A stretch of DNA of 63,798 nucleotides, filler included, from Octopus bimaculoides (GCF_001194135.2; 5 parts of 5 records of this genome joined end to end with filler, not necessarily neighbours in it), one strand, 5' to 3'. Counted from the whole stretch's first letter, positions 24,119 to 37,366 are shown. The notes: generated by a model from the letters alone, not told the origin. Translations and numbers: made by a program.

Positions 24119-24561
24119 ATGTAAAGCATTCGAAAGAATAAAGATACCACATCATCCATCACGCAGATTACGCGTTTGTGCCTTCGGTAGAGGGGTCCGT
24201 TAGAAAAATACACTGCAGTCTCCATGCAATGTCAGCACAACCTGCAATAAGCTTGCAAATTATTCTGGAAGTCACGGACTGGGAACACAAACGATGCGAG
24301 TCCTGGCACCCTGAAGCAATTCCAAGAGGGAACACTTGTTAAAGATTGAGGAAAAAGGAAAAAAGGAAAGTTTAAGACAGTTGCTTGTGACTGGACCCCA
24401 AAGATGATATAGTTAAACACCCTACGACCCCTCCAAGAATAGTAGGCAGAGAAGCTGGATGGATGAATGGATGGATGGATGGACGGACGGACGGACGGAT
24501 GGGCGGATTTTGTGGTGGGATCCACTGTCAAATCACTCTCAGCAGTTGCGTTACGTATACA

Positions 24562-24712
24562 TTCTTGCATTATTTACATTTGACGGATATTTGTCCTCAT
24601 CTTGTTTGTTGTTAACACAACGTTTCGGCTGATATACCCTCCAGCCTTCATCAGGTGTCTTGGGGAAATTTCAAACCTGGGTTCTCGTTCCTAAGGTATT
24701 TTTCGATGTTAT
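24562..24712 (-). mobile_element. Second copy of the hammerhead-bearing element, lacking the tRNA head
   Basis: Near-identical to about 53320-53470; the 5' side is replaced by (AAT)n and an R4/Dong-like 3' UTR. A tail-only third fragment lies at about 16700-16740 (-). Confidence 0.7.
24614..24659 (-). ncRNA. Minimal type I hammerhead ribozyme motif (Penelope-like)
   Basis: Reverse complement reads GACAC CTGATGA A GGCTG GAGGGTATAT CAGCC GAAAC GTT GTGTT; all core nucleotides present, with a perfect 5-bp stem II. Confidence 0.75.
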
Positions 24713-24721
24713 TATTATTAT

Positions 24722-24912
24722 TATTATTCAGTAGTTTTATTTTTATAACGTGCTTTCATTTCACTACCGAGCGCAGCTCTGTGCGCCTTGGGTATGTGCT
24801 GTGGTTTGCTGTGGTGCTCTTATGTTTACTGTATTTATTATTATTATTATTATTATTCAGTAGTTTTATTTTTATAACGTGCTTTCACTTCACTACCGAG
24901 CGCAGCTCTGTG
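24722..24912 (-). mobile_element. R4/Dong-like 3' UTR, partly tandem-duplicated
   Basis: CTACCGAGCGCAGCTCTGTG...GGGTATGTGCTGTGG matches 61369-61430; about 65 bp repeated with one difference just before a gap. Confidence 0.5.
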
Positions 24913-25012
24913 NNNNNNNNNNNNNNNNNNNNNNNNNNNNNNNNNNNNNNNNNNNNTTAATTAATTAANNNNNNNNNNNNNNNNNNNNNNNNNNNNNNNN
25001 NNNNNNNNNNNN
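24913..25012. other. Artificial 100-bp gap spacer (44 N + TTAATTAATTAA + 44 N)
   Basis: The same 12-mer sits inside N runs at 24957, 46535, 48947 and 57969; it places stop codons in all six frames. Confidence 0.9.
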
Positions 25013-25049
<37 letters not shown>

Positions 25050-25072
25050 TTACAAATATATATATTTACATA

Positions 25073-25443
25073 TGTGGTGGAGTGGTAACACGCTTGCTTC
25101 CAACAATATTGTTCTGAGTTCAGTCTCACTGTAGCATCTTGCGTAAGTGTGTTCCACTATAACTTAGAACCGACCAACGTACAGTAATCCCTCGCCACAT
25201 CGCGGTCCACCTATCACGGTTTATTATTTAAACTTACGTCGATTCCTCCGTGGTGTTGTTTTACATTTATAATAAAATAAATATATACATATTATAAAAT
25301 GATATAAAAAATATACAGTACTGTTTCTACTTCGCGGATTTACACCTATGGCGGGAGGTTTTGGAACGTAACCCCCGCGATAGTCGAAGGATTACTGCAT
25401 TGTGAGTGGATATGGTAAACGGAAACTGAAAGAAGCACATCGT
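25073..25443 (+). mobile_element. CORE-type SINE family B interrupted by a MITE
   Basis: The SINE sequence stops at ACCGACCAACGTA and resumes at TTGTGAGTGGATATGGTAAACGGAAACTG after the MITE. Confidence 0.6.
25182..25397. mobile_element. Tc1/mariner-Tigger-like MITE
   Basis: TIRs CAGTAATCCCTCG / CGAAGGATTACTG (12 of 13 match); TA on the left, CA on the right (decayed TA TSD). Confidence 0.75.
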
Positions 25444-27051
25444 ATATATATATTATTTTTTATTTATGTGCGCTTTTATAGCCTAGCTAGGCTCATGGGC
25501 CCGGTTTCCCTGTTTCTATGGCGTATATGCACCGCCCCAGATGGACGGGACGCCAGTCCATCGCAGCTTTGGTAAAGAAACAGGAAGAAAGAGTAAGAGA
25601 ATGTTGGGGGTGATAGAATAAGTAGCAGTCTTGAATAAAATGTGCTGGTGTCAATTTGTTCGATCAAAATTCTTGCAGGTGATAGTCCAAGCATGATCGC
25701 AATCCANNNNNNNNNNNNNNNNNNNNNNNNNNNNNNNNNNNNNNNNNNNNNNNNNNNNNNNNNNNNNNNNNNNNNNNNNNNNNNNNNNNNNNNNNNNNNN
25801 NNNNNNNNNNNNNNNNNNNNNNNNNNNNNNNNNNNNNNNNNNNNNNNNNNNNNNNNNNNNNNNNNNNNNNNNNNNNNNNNNNNNNNNNNNNNNNNNNNNN
25901 NNNNNNNNNNNNNNNNNNNNNNNNNNNNNNNNNNNNNNNNNNNNNNNNNNNNNNNNNNNNNNNNNNNNNNNNNNNNNNNNNNNNNNNNNNNNNNNNNNNN
26001 NNNNNNNNNNNNNNNNNNNNNNNNNNNNNNNNNNNNNNNNNNNNNNNNNNNNNNNNNNNNNNNNNNNNNNNNNNNNNNNNNNNNNNNNNNNNNNNNNNNN
26101 NNNNNNNNNNNNNNNNNNNNNNNNNNNNNNNNNNNNNNNNNNNNNNNNNNNNNNNNNNNNNNNNNNNNNNNNNNNNNNNNNNNNNNNNNNNNNNNNNNNN
26201 NNNNNNNNNNNNNNNNNNNNNNNNNTATATATATATATATATATATATTTGTCGAGTAGAATCGAAAAGATTGCAGATGTTCTGATCCGACTTACGTATT
26301 CTATTCAAATGATGCCATTTCTCAGACGGATCTTATGGGCTCCACTTAATTACCGTTTAATTCCAGCTTTCAGCGAATTAAAGCCCAATTACTGAACTGA
26401 GACAACGTTAATCCAATCCATTCATATTAACATATTCTTCTTCATTATTCCATTCGTGAAACATTTAATATTATGCTTAGGCTTCTTACAGCCTGTAACC
26501 CATCGTAAAACACGATTCCCTCTCGGGAGTTTCCGCGTGATTGATCAAATTTCAAGAATTAACAGCAACATCAGTCTCAAATCATCCATAGATTCTTCAA
26601 ACAATTCATAAATAATTTGGGTGACGTACATCTAGTTATAAAGCAGAGATAGCAGGCAGAATTGTTAATATGTGGGAAAAATACTTAGCTGCATTTTCTT
26701 CTGGCTTTTTGCGTTCTGCGTTCAAATCCCAGCGAGGCTAACTTAGCCTTTCCTACCTACGTGGTCGATAAAATAAATGGCGACAATATAATCCACTTTT
26801 GTTCACCTCTCAAAATTGCTGGCCAACGTCCATTTCAGGGAGAATCTTGTGAATGGCCTTGCAAATGCAACGGCTCGTGAGAAAAAATGTCTAGGTGGCT
26901 GTGTGCTCCCCACATAGTTTGCTCAAAAGTACATGGTTCTGGGATCAGTCCCGGCACGTCGCACCTTGAACAAGTGCATTTTACTATAACCTCGGGCCCA
27001 CCAAATCCTTGTAAGCAGTTTTGGTTGTTGGAAACCGAAAGAAGCCCGCCG

Positions 27052-27090
27052 TATCTATCTATTTAGTCTGTCTCTCTGTTTGCCTGTCTA

Positions 27091-27186
<96 letters not shown>
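27052..27186. repeat. (TCTG)n/(TCTA)n compound microsatellite
   Basis: Seen directly. Confidence 0.95.
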
Positions 27187-27187
<1 letters not shown>

Positions 27188-29362
27188 TCATCGACAGATT
27201 GATATAGCGCCATGTGATGATAATTATCCGGTTCGTCCTCCATCAATTTAATCTTTTTCATCCAATATTTGTTTAATTGTTACGACCATTTTTTTGTGAT
27301 CGCATTTAAAGGGGTGTCGGGAATATTTAGTGAATTTCAAAAAAATCAATCTGTTTATTGATTGCTGTTGAGTTCTGATGAATTAGTTTTAGCATGGACT
27401 GTTTAGAAAGATCTCCGCAGAACATAAAATGGACCAGTAGTTGTTCACATGGAAATGGCATTACGTAAGACTGGTTTACTGAAGCGAAGGAAACATGTGT
27501 AAACAGAACTATAAACACAGCTAACGCCATTCTCTGATGTTCTTTTACTCACACAGAAACACACAAACACACACATACACGCATACACACACATATCAAC
27601 ATAAATATGTATATGTATATATATATATATATATAGTTGTACAAATACATGTATACATACACATATTATGTATATATATATTTGCATATATATGTGTACA
27701 TACATACACATATGTATAGATATTATATTGATATATACTTATATATATATACAAAGATACACGCTCACACACGCACACAGTTACATATACGTACACATAC
27801 GTTTGACGATAGTGAAGTGTCAGAACGAACGTTTAGTCTTTCGAATAGTTAAATATGTTAAGCAGACCATTACTGTTTTTAGCCATAATAAATCGTTCAC
27901 AATTTTAAACTATAACACAACAAACTTAGTCGCTGTAGATCTAAGCCTAGGTATCATATATATATAAAAAAAATCTCGTATTGCATAGTATGTCTGAGAA
28001 ACAGTGACTGCTCATCACTACGTGAGCAAGTCATAGGGGATTACTGTGTGTCAGAGAGCAGATATTCCTGTTGCTAATTACCTTTCAAACATGAAGAAAT
28101 CCTGCTATACATTCTTGCCTATGATCGTGTGGAATATATGAAATCGATTATCAATTTTGGCGCGAGCGTAATATTCCCAAGGAATTATATTAGCTTTCAA
28201 ACAGCTAAAATCTAAAATTAGGCTGCGGCATAAATGGACACACAAATGGGATATATGAGGAAGAGAGAGAACAATTATGATGATAAGGTTTTATAAGGCC
28301 ACTGGTTCCGTGAACTTAATGCCAAAACCATAACGAAAATATGTATAAAAAAAAACAAGGAATGAATTTGACCTCATTTGGGCAGTAACCTCTATCTTAC
28401 AGTTACAGGGCATCAATACTGGTCACTGTATCTATATTACTTTGCTATAGATAGGAACTGCATTATCGGTGATAATACTCTGTATTGATTCATGGTATTC
28501 AATATTATTTTCCAGAAAATAATATTACTGCATAGTGGTTCTGCTCTATATAAACTCGACTACCGAGTTTCAAACCCTGAAAGAAACAAACAAGTAAAAC
28601 AAATAAACAAACTAAACAAAGTAAAACAAACAAATGCTCAAGAAACCGGTCTAAAAGGAGCCAAATAAGAACCTATATGTAGTCGATGAATATGCTAGAA
28701 AGAGCAGTAAAACTCATTTGAATTCCTCGCTAACGTCTGCAATAACTAGCCGCTCTTTTAGATAATGTAGACGTAAGTAAACCTAAAATACACGATGGGC
28801 ACGTACGAGCTGAATTTGATCATAAGCGTACTTTATCTGGTTTACCCTGGGTTTTAAATGCAGCAACAACAACTGTTCAATCAATAGTAACCAGAACTAA
28901 TCACAGGAAATGGCTACGTGGAGGCCCTGTGGCGGTTCATTACACAGACGAATATCCAGGTTGTAATAAAACATGGCTGCCGTGATTTTCTACAACAAAT
29001 AAGTCCAAAAGTGTTTTAATGATTGACATAACGATATTGAATATTATATTGTGCAATTGTAAAACAGAAAAACTACAGAATGTTACTAAAGTAGCTAATG
29101 AATTAAAGACACTAATGGCATATAAAAATAATTATTTGTAACCTTGGTACACTGCCATACGTTGCTTTGTTTTTCGTGGGGTGGGGGAATATGTGAGGGT
29201 AATCGATGCAATCGATATAATCATTATCACTACATTGCTAGTTGTTTTATCGATTACACAAATATGAAAGTCAAAGTAAAAAGAAAAAAATCTGAGAATT
29301 TGAAATCAAAAGTTAAAGGAATATAGTACAATACCATAACACATTTAGTTCCAATGCAGCTC

Positions 29363-29402
<40 letters not shown>

Positions 29403-29564
29403 TTAATAATAATAATATTATTAATAATAGTAATAATAATAATTATTATTATGGCTTCAAATTTTGCCACAAGGGCAACAATTTTTTGTGGGGGGACAGT
29501 CGATTAGATCGATTCCTGTACGCAACTGTTACTTAATTTATCGACCCCGAAAGTAGGAAAGGCA

Positions 29565-29596
<32 letters not shown>

Positions 29597-29628
29597 TAAT
29601 AATAATAATAATAATAATAATGATAGAA

Positions 29629-29845
29629 TAACTTTCAAAGTACAAAGGTCTGGAAGTAGAAGGAATTCAAATGTGGCGCCTAAAAACAGAATAAATCCTA
29701 TAGGTGTAGGCGCATTAGGTATGATAAAAAAACATTCAGAGAAATACATAACTGAAACACCAGGATTTTCGAGTGTATATAACATAGAGGAAATAACACT
29801 TCTAGGCACCGGACACGTCTTACATGAAGCGGTTTCAATACTCAT
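29629..29845 (+). mobile_element. R4/Dong-like (RLE) LINE 3' fragment
   Basis: LSKYKGLEVE..MW then PIGVGALGMIKK...ITLLGTGHVL, the typical C-terminus of an R4-clade restriction-like endonuclease; preceded by (AAT)n. Confidence 0.7.
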
Positions 29846-31242
29846 TACTTCATGATTGTGAGCCCGATGCTCTAACCACTGAACCATGTGTCTTCACCAC
29901 AATATTCACTGGAATATTCTAGACGCAAAAGAAATATAGTGGCCTACCCATTCGAGGCGCAGGCGGCTGCGAGTATAAAGACTCGTTAGTACTGCACCGA
30001 CGAGTAAGCTCGGTTCCAGGATGATACACCGTATTGCGAGAATCCGGTCGACTTGGAAATGTGTACACATTGTAGTCGTTGTAGATGATTGCGAGAGCTT
30101 GTTCGAGAGCTTGACTATAGAAATTTTGGTCTTGCAGATGGCCATCATATCATTTTAAAGTCTTGGAATCGCGAGCAGATCGCCCTGCTTTCAAAGTGAC
30201 CCCAGGCCACAAGCATTCCCATAACCTATTCTACATTGGATGAGTGAGAGCTAGCTAAGAGGACCACTTGCTTCATATGAAAGGGCAGCGAATCCTTATG
30301 TCCGTTAGCTGAAGGCCGTTCCTACCAGTATATCCTTCATATATCCTTCTGTTTATTCTGCGCCATAAATCTGCAATTCCGTCGCGATATTTTGTTTCAT
30401 CTTCTTGCAAATTTCTCGCGAATGCATATTGGGATTTGTGTGTATATTGGTATGTTATTTTTGGCGAGTTATATACGTTATATAATGGTGAGTTATATAC
30501 GTTTTATAGTGTTTGTGACGATGTATATGATACATAGGTTTTTGTTGTTGTTCGCGTCTGTGTTCGTTTAGTTCAAGATGTTTCTTTGTGCTTATAGATC
30601 CAGTTGTTGAATCGGGTGTACCTTGGCCTCTGTTTTCTTCGCAGTGTTGATATCGCTTGTAGTGGTAATAGTAGTGGAGTTGGTCTTAGGGTTGTGACCT
30701 CTCCAAGCCCTCTCCTCTTTAAAAGCCAAATTTCTTTTGGCCTTTTTCAGCTTTCTCTTCACTCTGACGTGGACAGATTAAATTGTTTACAGTTTTCGTA
30801 TTTATATCATTTTCATTGCAGGCCATATGGGAAAGATGTCAAGGAGAAGTTGAGTTGTGGTTAGAGGATTATATTACTGAGGTTGCTCCTATTTCTGTTC
30901 TTCCTGTTGTTGTTGCTGTTGCTGCTTTTGTTATTGATGTTGCTGGTGGTGTTGTCATTGGGTTTCTGCTGCTCTGGCTGGTGCTGTTCCTTGTATTGCT
31001 GCTACTTTTGTTACTGGTTTTGCAGCTGTTCTATGGAGTTTACAGTTGCAGTTGTAGTTGGACGTTATTGTCACTGTCGTTCTTCTTATTTTACCAGGTT
31101 TTCGCGTAGGCAGCGATGGGAGAATTAATTTGTATTTGCTTTTAGTTGTGGTTAGAAAAATCTTAGATAACTGTTCGCGCCACAAATGTGACGCATTTTC
31201 ATTTTCTGCCCTTTACCGTCACAAAATCTATTAAATCAGTGC

Positions 31243-31385
31243 TGTACTGATATTTATTTTATCGACCCCTGAAAGAATGAAAGGCAAAGTCGACCTCGGC
31301 GTAAAAAACTCAGAATGTAAAGACGGACGAAATACCGCTCAGCATTTTGTCCGGCGTGCTAACGATTCTGCCAGCTCACCGCCTA
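31243..31385 (-). mobile_element. SINE family A
   Basis: GAATGAAAGGCAAAGTCGACCTCGGC...CTGCCAGCTCACCGCCT; the head abuts an (AAT)n array. Confidence 0.8.
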
Positions 31386-31386
31386 A

Positions 31387-31389
31387 ATG

Positions 31390-31453
<64 letters not shown>

Positions 31454-31522
31454 TGATGATGATGAGGAGGAGGAGATTGGGATGGGGAATAATAATGATG
31501 ATGTTTAGGATCATGGTGGAGG

Positions 31523-31588
<66 letters not shown>
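31387..31588. repeat. (AAT)n/(GAT)n compound microsatellite
   Basis: Seen directly. Confidence 0.95.
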
Positions 31589-31589
<1 letters not shown>

Positions 31590-33339
31590 AATAATTTATT
31601 TCGACCAGACTTATTTTGGTCACAGACATTTTATTGTTTTCTTTATTGATGTATGAATTTTGATGAAGTAATTATCCGTCTATGTAAATAGTACTGTTAT
31701 TCCATATTTCTGAGTGTGTGGGACGAACCGTTGGTGACAGCTAACATTAAATGCGATGCTTCACCAATAATACTGATCAGAATAGAACTATGTCGAATTA
31801 TCCATATCGTTTTGCAAGGATGTGGTTAAACTAATAATTTCCAAGTGAAAATATAAAATTAAATGAATTAAAAAAAAACTAACAAAAAGACATGTATCAG
31901 TCATCTTTCTTTTCTCTCAAGCAATCCCCCCCCACCTTTGCTTTCTCTTGAACAGAAATCCCTCCCCCTCTCTCTCTCTCTCTGCCTTTGTAAGTCTTAC
32001 GATTTCATACTTCACTTTGCTCCGTCTCTCTTTTACTCTCTTTCAATCAAGTATCTTGTCAACAAGAAAGTTGTCACACTAATCCGTTCATTGGTGTTGA
32101 AAGAAATAACAGTAATACCAGAGGAAGAATGAGAGATAGGGAGATAGAGAGAAAGAAAGAAAAAGTGAGTGAGTGTGTATGCGAAAAGTGAGAGAGGCAA
32201 GGAAAAAAGAGAGAAAGCGAGTGAAGAATAAAAATAAATGTAGAATAAGAGGAAAATACGAAAGCATACAACAGAATATATGAAAATAATATCACGCCAA
32301 AAGAAATATAATTTATAGAAGAGAAAAAGATGAAGAAGAAGAAAAGAAAGAAGAAAATATGTAAACAGCAGTCATATGGTTGAAAGAACGAAAGTGAAAC
32401 TAATTATCAGGAATCTGTAAACTGGCGAGATGAATACATGGTGTCAAGATTATTTAATTCCTCAAAAATTGCTACATACAATTTTAAAACATGTTATATG
32501 TTCTTCCAACTGAATAGAACGAGTCATTCTAGTTGTAGAAATTATTATATCCAATGCTGTCAAGAAACCATAATGAAATAACAACAACAACAACAACAAC
32601 AACAGTAACACCAACAGCGCCAGCAATAACAACAGCATCAAATATAAAAAGAAAATGAGACCATCGCTCCTATTTTACAGCGATAAACCGCATACACAAC
32701 AACAAAAACAGGAACGGCAATATAACACACGTTGATATTAACGTATATAAATGGCTGTAACAACTACGATACCACAACACCTGTTCCAAACACTTGATAC
32801 ATCGTTCGACAAAATACTTGTGCGTTATTTCTTGCGGCTCTTTAACATTCAGGTGAACTTTGCCCGTCATTCTTTTGGTGTTGATGAAATAAAATGCTAT
32901 TGAATTATCAGTGACAGTGCGTTCTAACAATCGCTTGATGATAGTTTCGATTCTTGGTTCGGGGTGGGTGTGTTGTGGTTTTGATCAAAATACTTAGTTT
33001 TTTTTCCCGTAGCCCTTTTCCTCTCAGCCATAAATGCACAACCCAGTGATGGACTTGAGTCCAGTTCAGGGAGAAAATGTGGTGGACTTGAGTCCAGCTC
33101 AAGGGGGGAAACGGTGGCTTATACGGCATGTAAACTGCATAATCTACCCCATGTGTCCTCAAACTTGAAAGATTAATGTCCAGGCGTTGATGATGATGAT
33201 GAAGTATTAGGGTCGACATGACTCAACTAATCACCTCTCTCCATATTTCTCGCTTTGTGCCTGTCTAACGTGCAGATTCACAGAGACGAGCTCGCAGACA
33301 TATTATGACGTTATGCAAAATGGTTTCCAATATTTGTTC

Positions 33340-33533
33340 CGGTGACTTATCAGAATATTTAGCACGCCTGTTAAAATTCATAGCAACATTTCATCCGTCT
33401 TCACGTAGAGAGTTCAAATTCTGCCGGGAACGAATTTGTCTTTCATCCTTTCCGGGTCGCTAAAACAAATTCCAGATGACAGTGGGGTTGGGGCTATCGA
33501 AATTGCTGGCATTGTGGCAAAATTTAAAACCAG
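33340..33533 (+). mobile_element. SINE family A, diverged
   Basis: GAGTTCAAATTCTGCCGG...TTTCATCCTTTCCGGGTC. Confidence 0.6.
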
Positions 33534-34064
33534 TATTTGATCCGGCTCTTTAGATTCGGAGTTCAAATACTGCCGAGGCCCACTTTTACCTTCGTCATTC
33601 TAACTTTGATAAAACAACGTACATTTCCTTTACCGGAGTCGATACAACCGACTAAACGCTTCTGCTCGAAATTGTTAGTATTCTGCCTAAATCAGAATTG
33701 CTTAATAACTGACTGTTTGGGTGGAAAATTTGTAGAATCATTTCGTTGTTGGACATAACGCCTTGCGGGGTGCATACCTCTCAGGTCTTTTATGTTCTAG
33801 GTTCAAATCCCGTCGGGGTCACCTTTGCGGTTTCTCTCTCAAGAGTTGATTAAAATACAGCAACTCCCAGCAACAATAGAGCTGTACTCCTCGATCTCTA
33901 TGTGGACGTATGAAAAAGAACGGTGATAAACTTGGTCTGTGACGATTAAAGTTCGGCACACATCTCTAGATGTAGTTTTATGTCAGCAGATAGGCAAAGC
34001 GATCTGCACGTTGAAACTAGTAAGGCTGCGGAGAGAGAGAGAGATAGAGAGAGAGAAAGAGAGT

Positions 34065-34126
<62 letters not shown>

Positions 34127-35304
34127 TTACTGGGAATTAAACAGATCGGTCTCGGTGAGGATAGCCCTATAACTATGTGGCACGCAGAGTTTAACATATT
34201 GACCAGGATGATTAAAGATATGGGTGCTTATCTTCGGTACTCTTATTAAGATCTCACAGATTCGACATATCTAACGAACCTCGAACTCAGGTTCGTTCGA
34301 GAATTTAGGCAGGCAGTTAACCTTGATCTGATCCATTCCTATCACTTCTAAGCTTTTGATAGTATCCACCATCATTAATGTAATGGTTTCCGTTCCAACA
34401 ACAAAAGATAGGTTACTTCAATGTTTAGTAGCATGTACACGGTTATTTGGCTAAATAACCTTCCAGAGGAATCAGGTTGAAACATGCTCTCAATCCTTCA
34501 ATCGCATTCTCGGTCATCATCCCGGTACGGTTTTGGTATTGAGAAATTATTTCAAAAAGCTAGGGTTGTTGGATGGAATTCCACTGAAACTGAAGGCAAA
34601 CATATCTCATCTTTATATCTTTGAGGTATGATTTAGGATAGACCTGAAGGGGGGTTTGAACTTGGAGTTTTAAATAGGAATCTGCTGACAGGAAGCGTTA
34701 CCTGAAAGACCGGACCAAAATAGGGAACTGATGTATCTTTTCTGCCTTATCTTGTGTCAAATCATCGTACATTTTCTTAGTTTCCCTCTGATCACAGAAA
34801 CGAATAGGATAAACCACCTTGAGATAGTATTGCCAGTTAATCTGGCACAAACAAATCGATTCAAATATTTCTATGTATGTGAGTTTATAAAATCCAGTTG
34901 TAGATAAAACAATAAATATTAATTTACAAGAGTGATAGACTCTGTTATGTACGACTCTTATAATTTGTTGTCTTGTCCAACATTTACAAATAAAACATTA
35001 ATGTTATTATGAATGTTTCAAAGTACTTACATTCAAACAGCATGTTATGAAAAGAAACAGTTTTTGAAAATTCTTCATTTTGTTTGCTGTTTCTTAGTCT
35101 CACTATTTTTTTTCTCGTGTTTTAAATCGTTGATTTCTAAATGAATAAAGAATCCATTTGTAAGTTCGTGAAGCTTGGTATTGAGATTGATGCAATAATA
35201 AATACAAAAACCAGACATAAACAGCAAACATAATAATCACAAAAGAATCACTTCAGTATTACGAACAACAACAACAAGAAAACCACCAACAACAACAAAA
35301 ATGA

Positions 35305-35720
35305 CATTGATCTTAACCAGTTGAGCATGTCCTTTAGTGGCTGACGATATGTGCATCTCTGATCACGAGCAGAAGTAGTGGGAGAGAATCATAGCCATGT
35401 GTTGAGAGCAATTCTTTGAGGTTTGGATAATTCACATTTGGAAACATGGGTATTTCGTTCGACATCCTCAAACAACCTTTATTGAAGGACCTTTTGAGCG
35501 GCATGGGCTACTCAACCTGAAGCCACGACTGCAATGTCATTCGCTGTTTATCTTGGTATGAGACCACTATGTCTTGCACATATGGTTGCGATGCATGTGC
35601 CTGGTGTACCCTTATCAGACGGGTAGTCATGATGGGTATACTGGGCTTCGTATATTTTACCCCAGTGTCATTTTGATGGCATGCCCTGCTCACTCACTCA
35701 ATAATAATAATAATTGTAAT
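35305..35720 (+). repeat. Unclassified dispersed-repeat-like element ending in (AAT)n
   Basis: Balanced-composition block ending CCCTGCTCACTCACTCAATAATAAT, like a retroposon tail; no second copy in the window. Confidence 0.35.
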
Positions 35721-35789
35721 GAAATTTGGTAATAATAATAATAACAACAACAACAATAATAATAATAATAATAATAATAATCTTTTATA

Positions 35790-35932
35790 ATATACGCACA
35801 AGACCTGAAGTATTGGCGGAGGGGGAAAGTCGATTACGTCAGCCCCAGCGTTCAACTGCTAATTATTTCATTGAACCCGAAAGACTGAAAGGCAAAGTCA
35901 ACCTCGGCGGAATTCGGAGTCAGAATGTAAAG
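35790..35932 (-). mobile_element. SINE family A, 3' part
   Basis: GAAAGGCAAAGTCAACCTCGGCGGAATTCGGAGTCAG. Confidence 0.7.
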
Positions 35933-35977
35933 AATTTCAACTCGATAAAAAGTTCATAAATTTAACCAATATATATA

Positions 35978-36330
35978 GCGGTAGGCTTGGCTGGGTGGTA
36001 AGAAGGTTGTTTTGTAAGCACAGGGTATCGAGTTCAGTCTGCACTTTGGGTTAGCGCATTTTTCTATAGCCTTGAGCCGACCAAAGTCTTGCACGTGGAT
36101 TTAGTAGACGGAAAGTAAAAGAAGCCTACGTGTGTGTATGGTGTGTGCTTGTCAATGTGTTTGTGTTCGTCCTTCACCATCACCGCTTGACCAACCGGAG
36201 TTGGTTTGTTGGTAAACTAGCACTTCGACAAAAGACGGACTGAATAAACATCAGACTTGAAATATATAATACTGCGATTGATGCATTCGCCTAAAACCCT
36301 TTCATGGCCGCAGAGCAATGAATGGAACAA
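35978..36330 (+). mobile_element. CORE-type SINE family B, diverged
   Basis: TATAGCCTTGAGCCGACCAAAG...GTAGACGGAAAGTAAAAGAAGCC. Further family B pieces at about 1480-1600, 13520-13640, 14845-14960, 15290-15420, 26890-27055, 43855-43960 (-) and 58456-58602. Confidence 0.6.
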
Positions 36331-36783
36331 GTAAACGATAAAAGTTAATAAAAAGAATATACTACAAACTACAATGAAGACAAGAGCCAGCCAGCAGAGG
36401 GTAATCACCTGGCATAAAGAAATAAAAGCAATAATTCTTTTTTTAAATTCAATAAAAAAAATGATGTCAGCTGTTAACATCAGCATCGATGTTTTGCCGA
36501 AAGTAGGAAGAAAAACACTTGTAAGATTCGCTCCTCTAACATGAAGTTAAAATTGAAAGAATGCAATCTTTCGACAATAAGGATAGCAATATACAACAAA
36601 GGGTGATAATATATCTCCTTGGATCTTTCTTCACGAATAATTTGGGGTCATTTATGTGTTGTTTATTATATGTTCATATTAGATCAATGTTTTATTATGT
36701 GACTATATCTTTCTTTACGTATGTATATATATGCGTTTCTTTATTCCTCTCTCTCTCTCTATATATATATGTGTGTGTATGTT

Positions 36784-36824
<41 letters not shown>

Positions 36825-36965
36825 AGAGAGAGAGAGATATATATACATATACGTATACACAGATAGGCGTATGTAGTGACGTATATGTATGTGAGTGTGA
36901 GTGCGTGTCCTTCTGTGTTATGTGTATGCAATAAAATTCGGGTAACTTAACGAAAGCCTATTGTA

Positions 36966-36967
36966 AA

Positions 36968-37054
<87 letters not shown>

Positions 37055-37070
37055 AATAATAATAATAATT
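36966..37070. repeat. (CTA)n then (AAT)n microsatellite
   Basis: Seen directly. Confidence 0.95.
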
Positions 37071-37323
37071 GAGGACAGTAGGGACATATTAAAACAAAAA
37101 AAANNNNNNNNNNNNNNNNNNNNNNNNNNNNNNNNNNNNNNNNNNNNNNNNNNNNNNNNNNNNNNNNNNNNNNNNNNNNNNNNNNNNNNNNNNNNNNNNN
37201 NNNNNNNNNNNNNNNNNNNNNNNNNNNNNNNNNNNNNNNNNNNNNNNNNNNNNNNNNNNNNNNNNNNNNNNNNNNNNNNNNNNNNNNNNNNNNNNNNNNN
37301 NNNNNNNNNNNNNNNNNNNNNNN

Positions 37324-37366
<43 letters not shown>

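Noticed and set aside
24706-24912. Roughly 65-bp tandem duplication as a biological event in its own right
   Set aside because: Ends at an artificial gap and differs by one base; may be overlapping contig ends or two alleles.
24957-24968. Recurring palindrome TTAATTAATTAA (also 46535, 48947, 57969)
   Set aside because: Always centred in a 100-bp N spacer and encodes stops in all six frames: an assembly linker, not biology.
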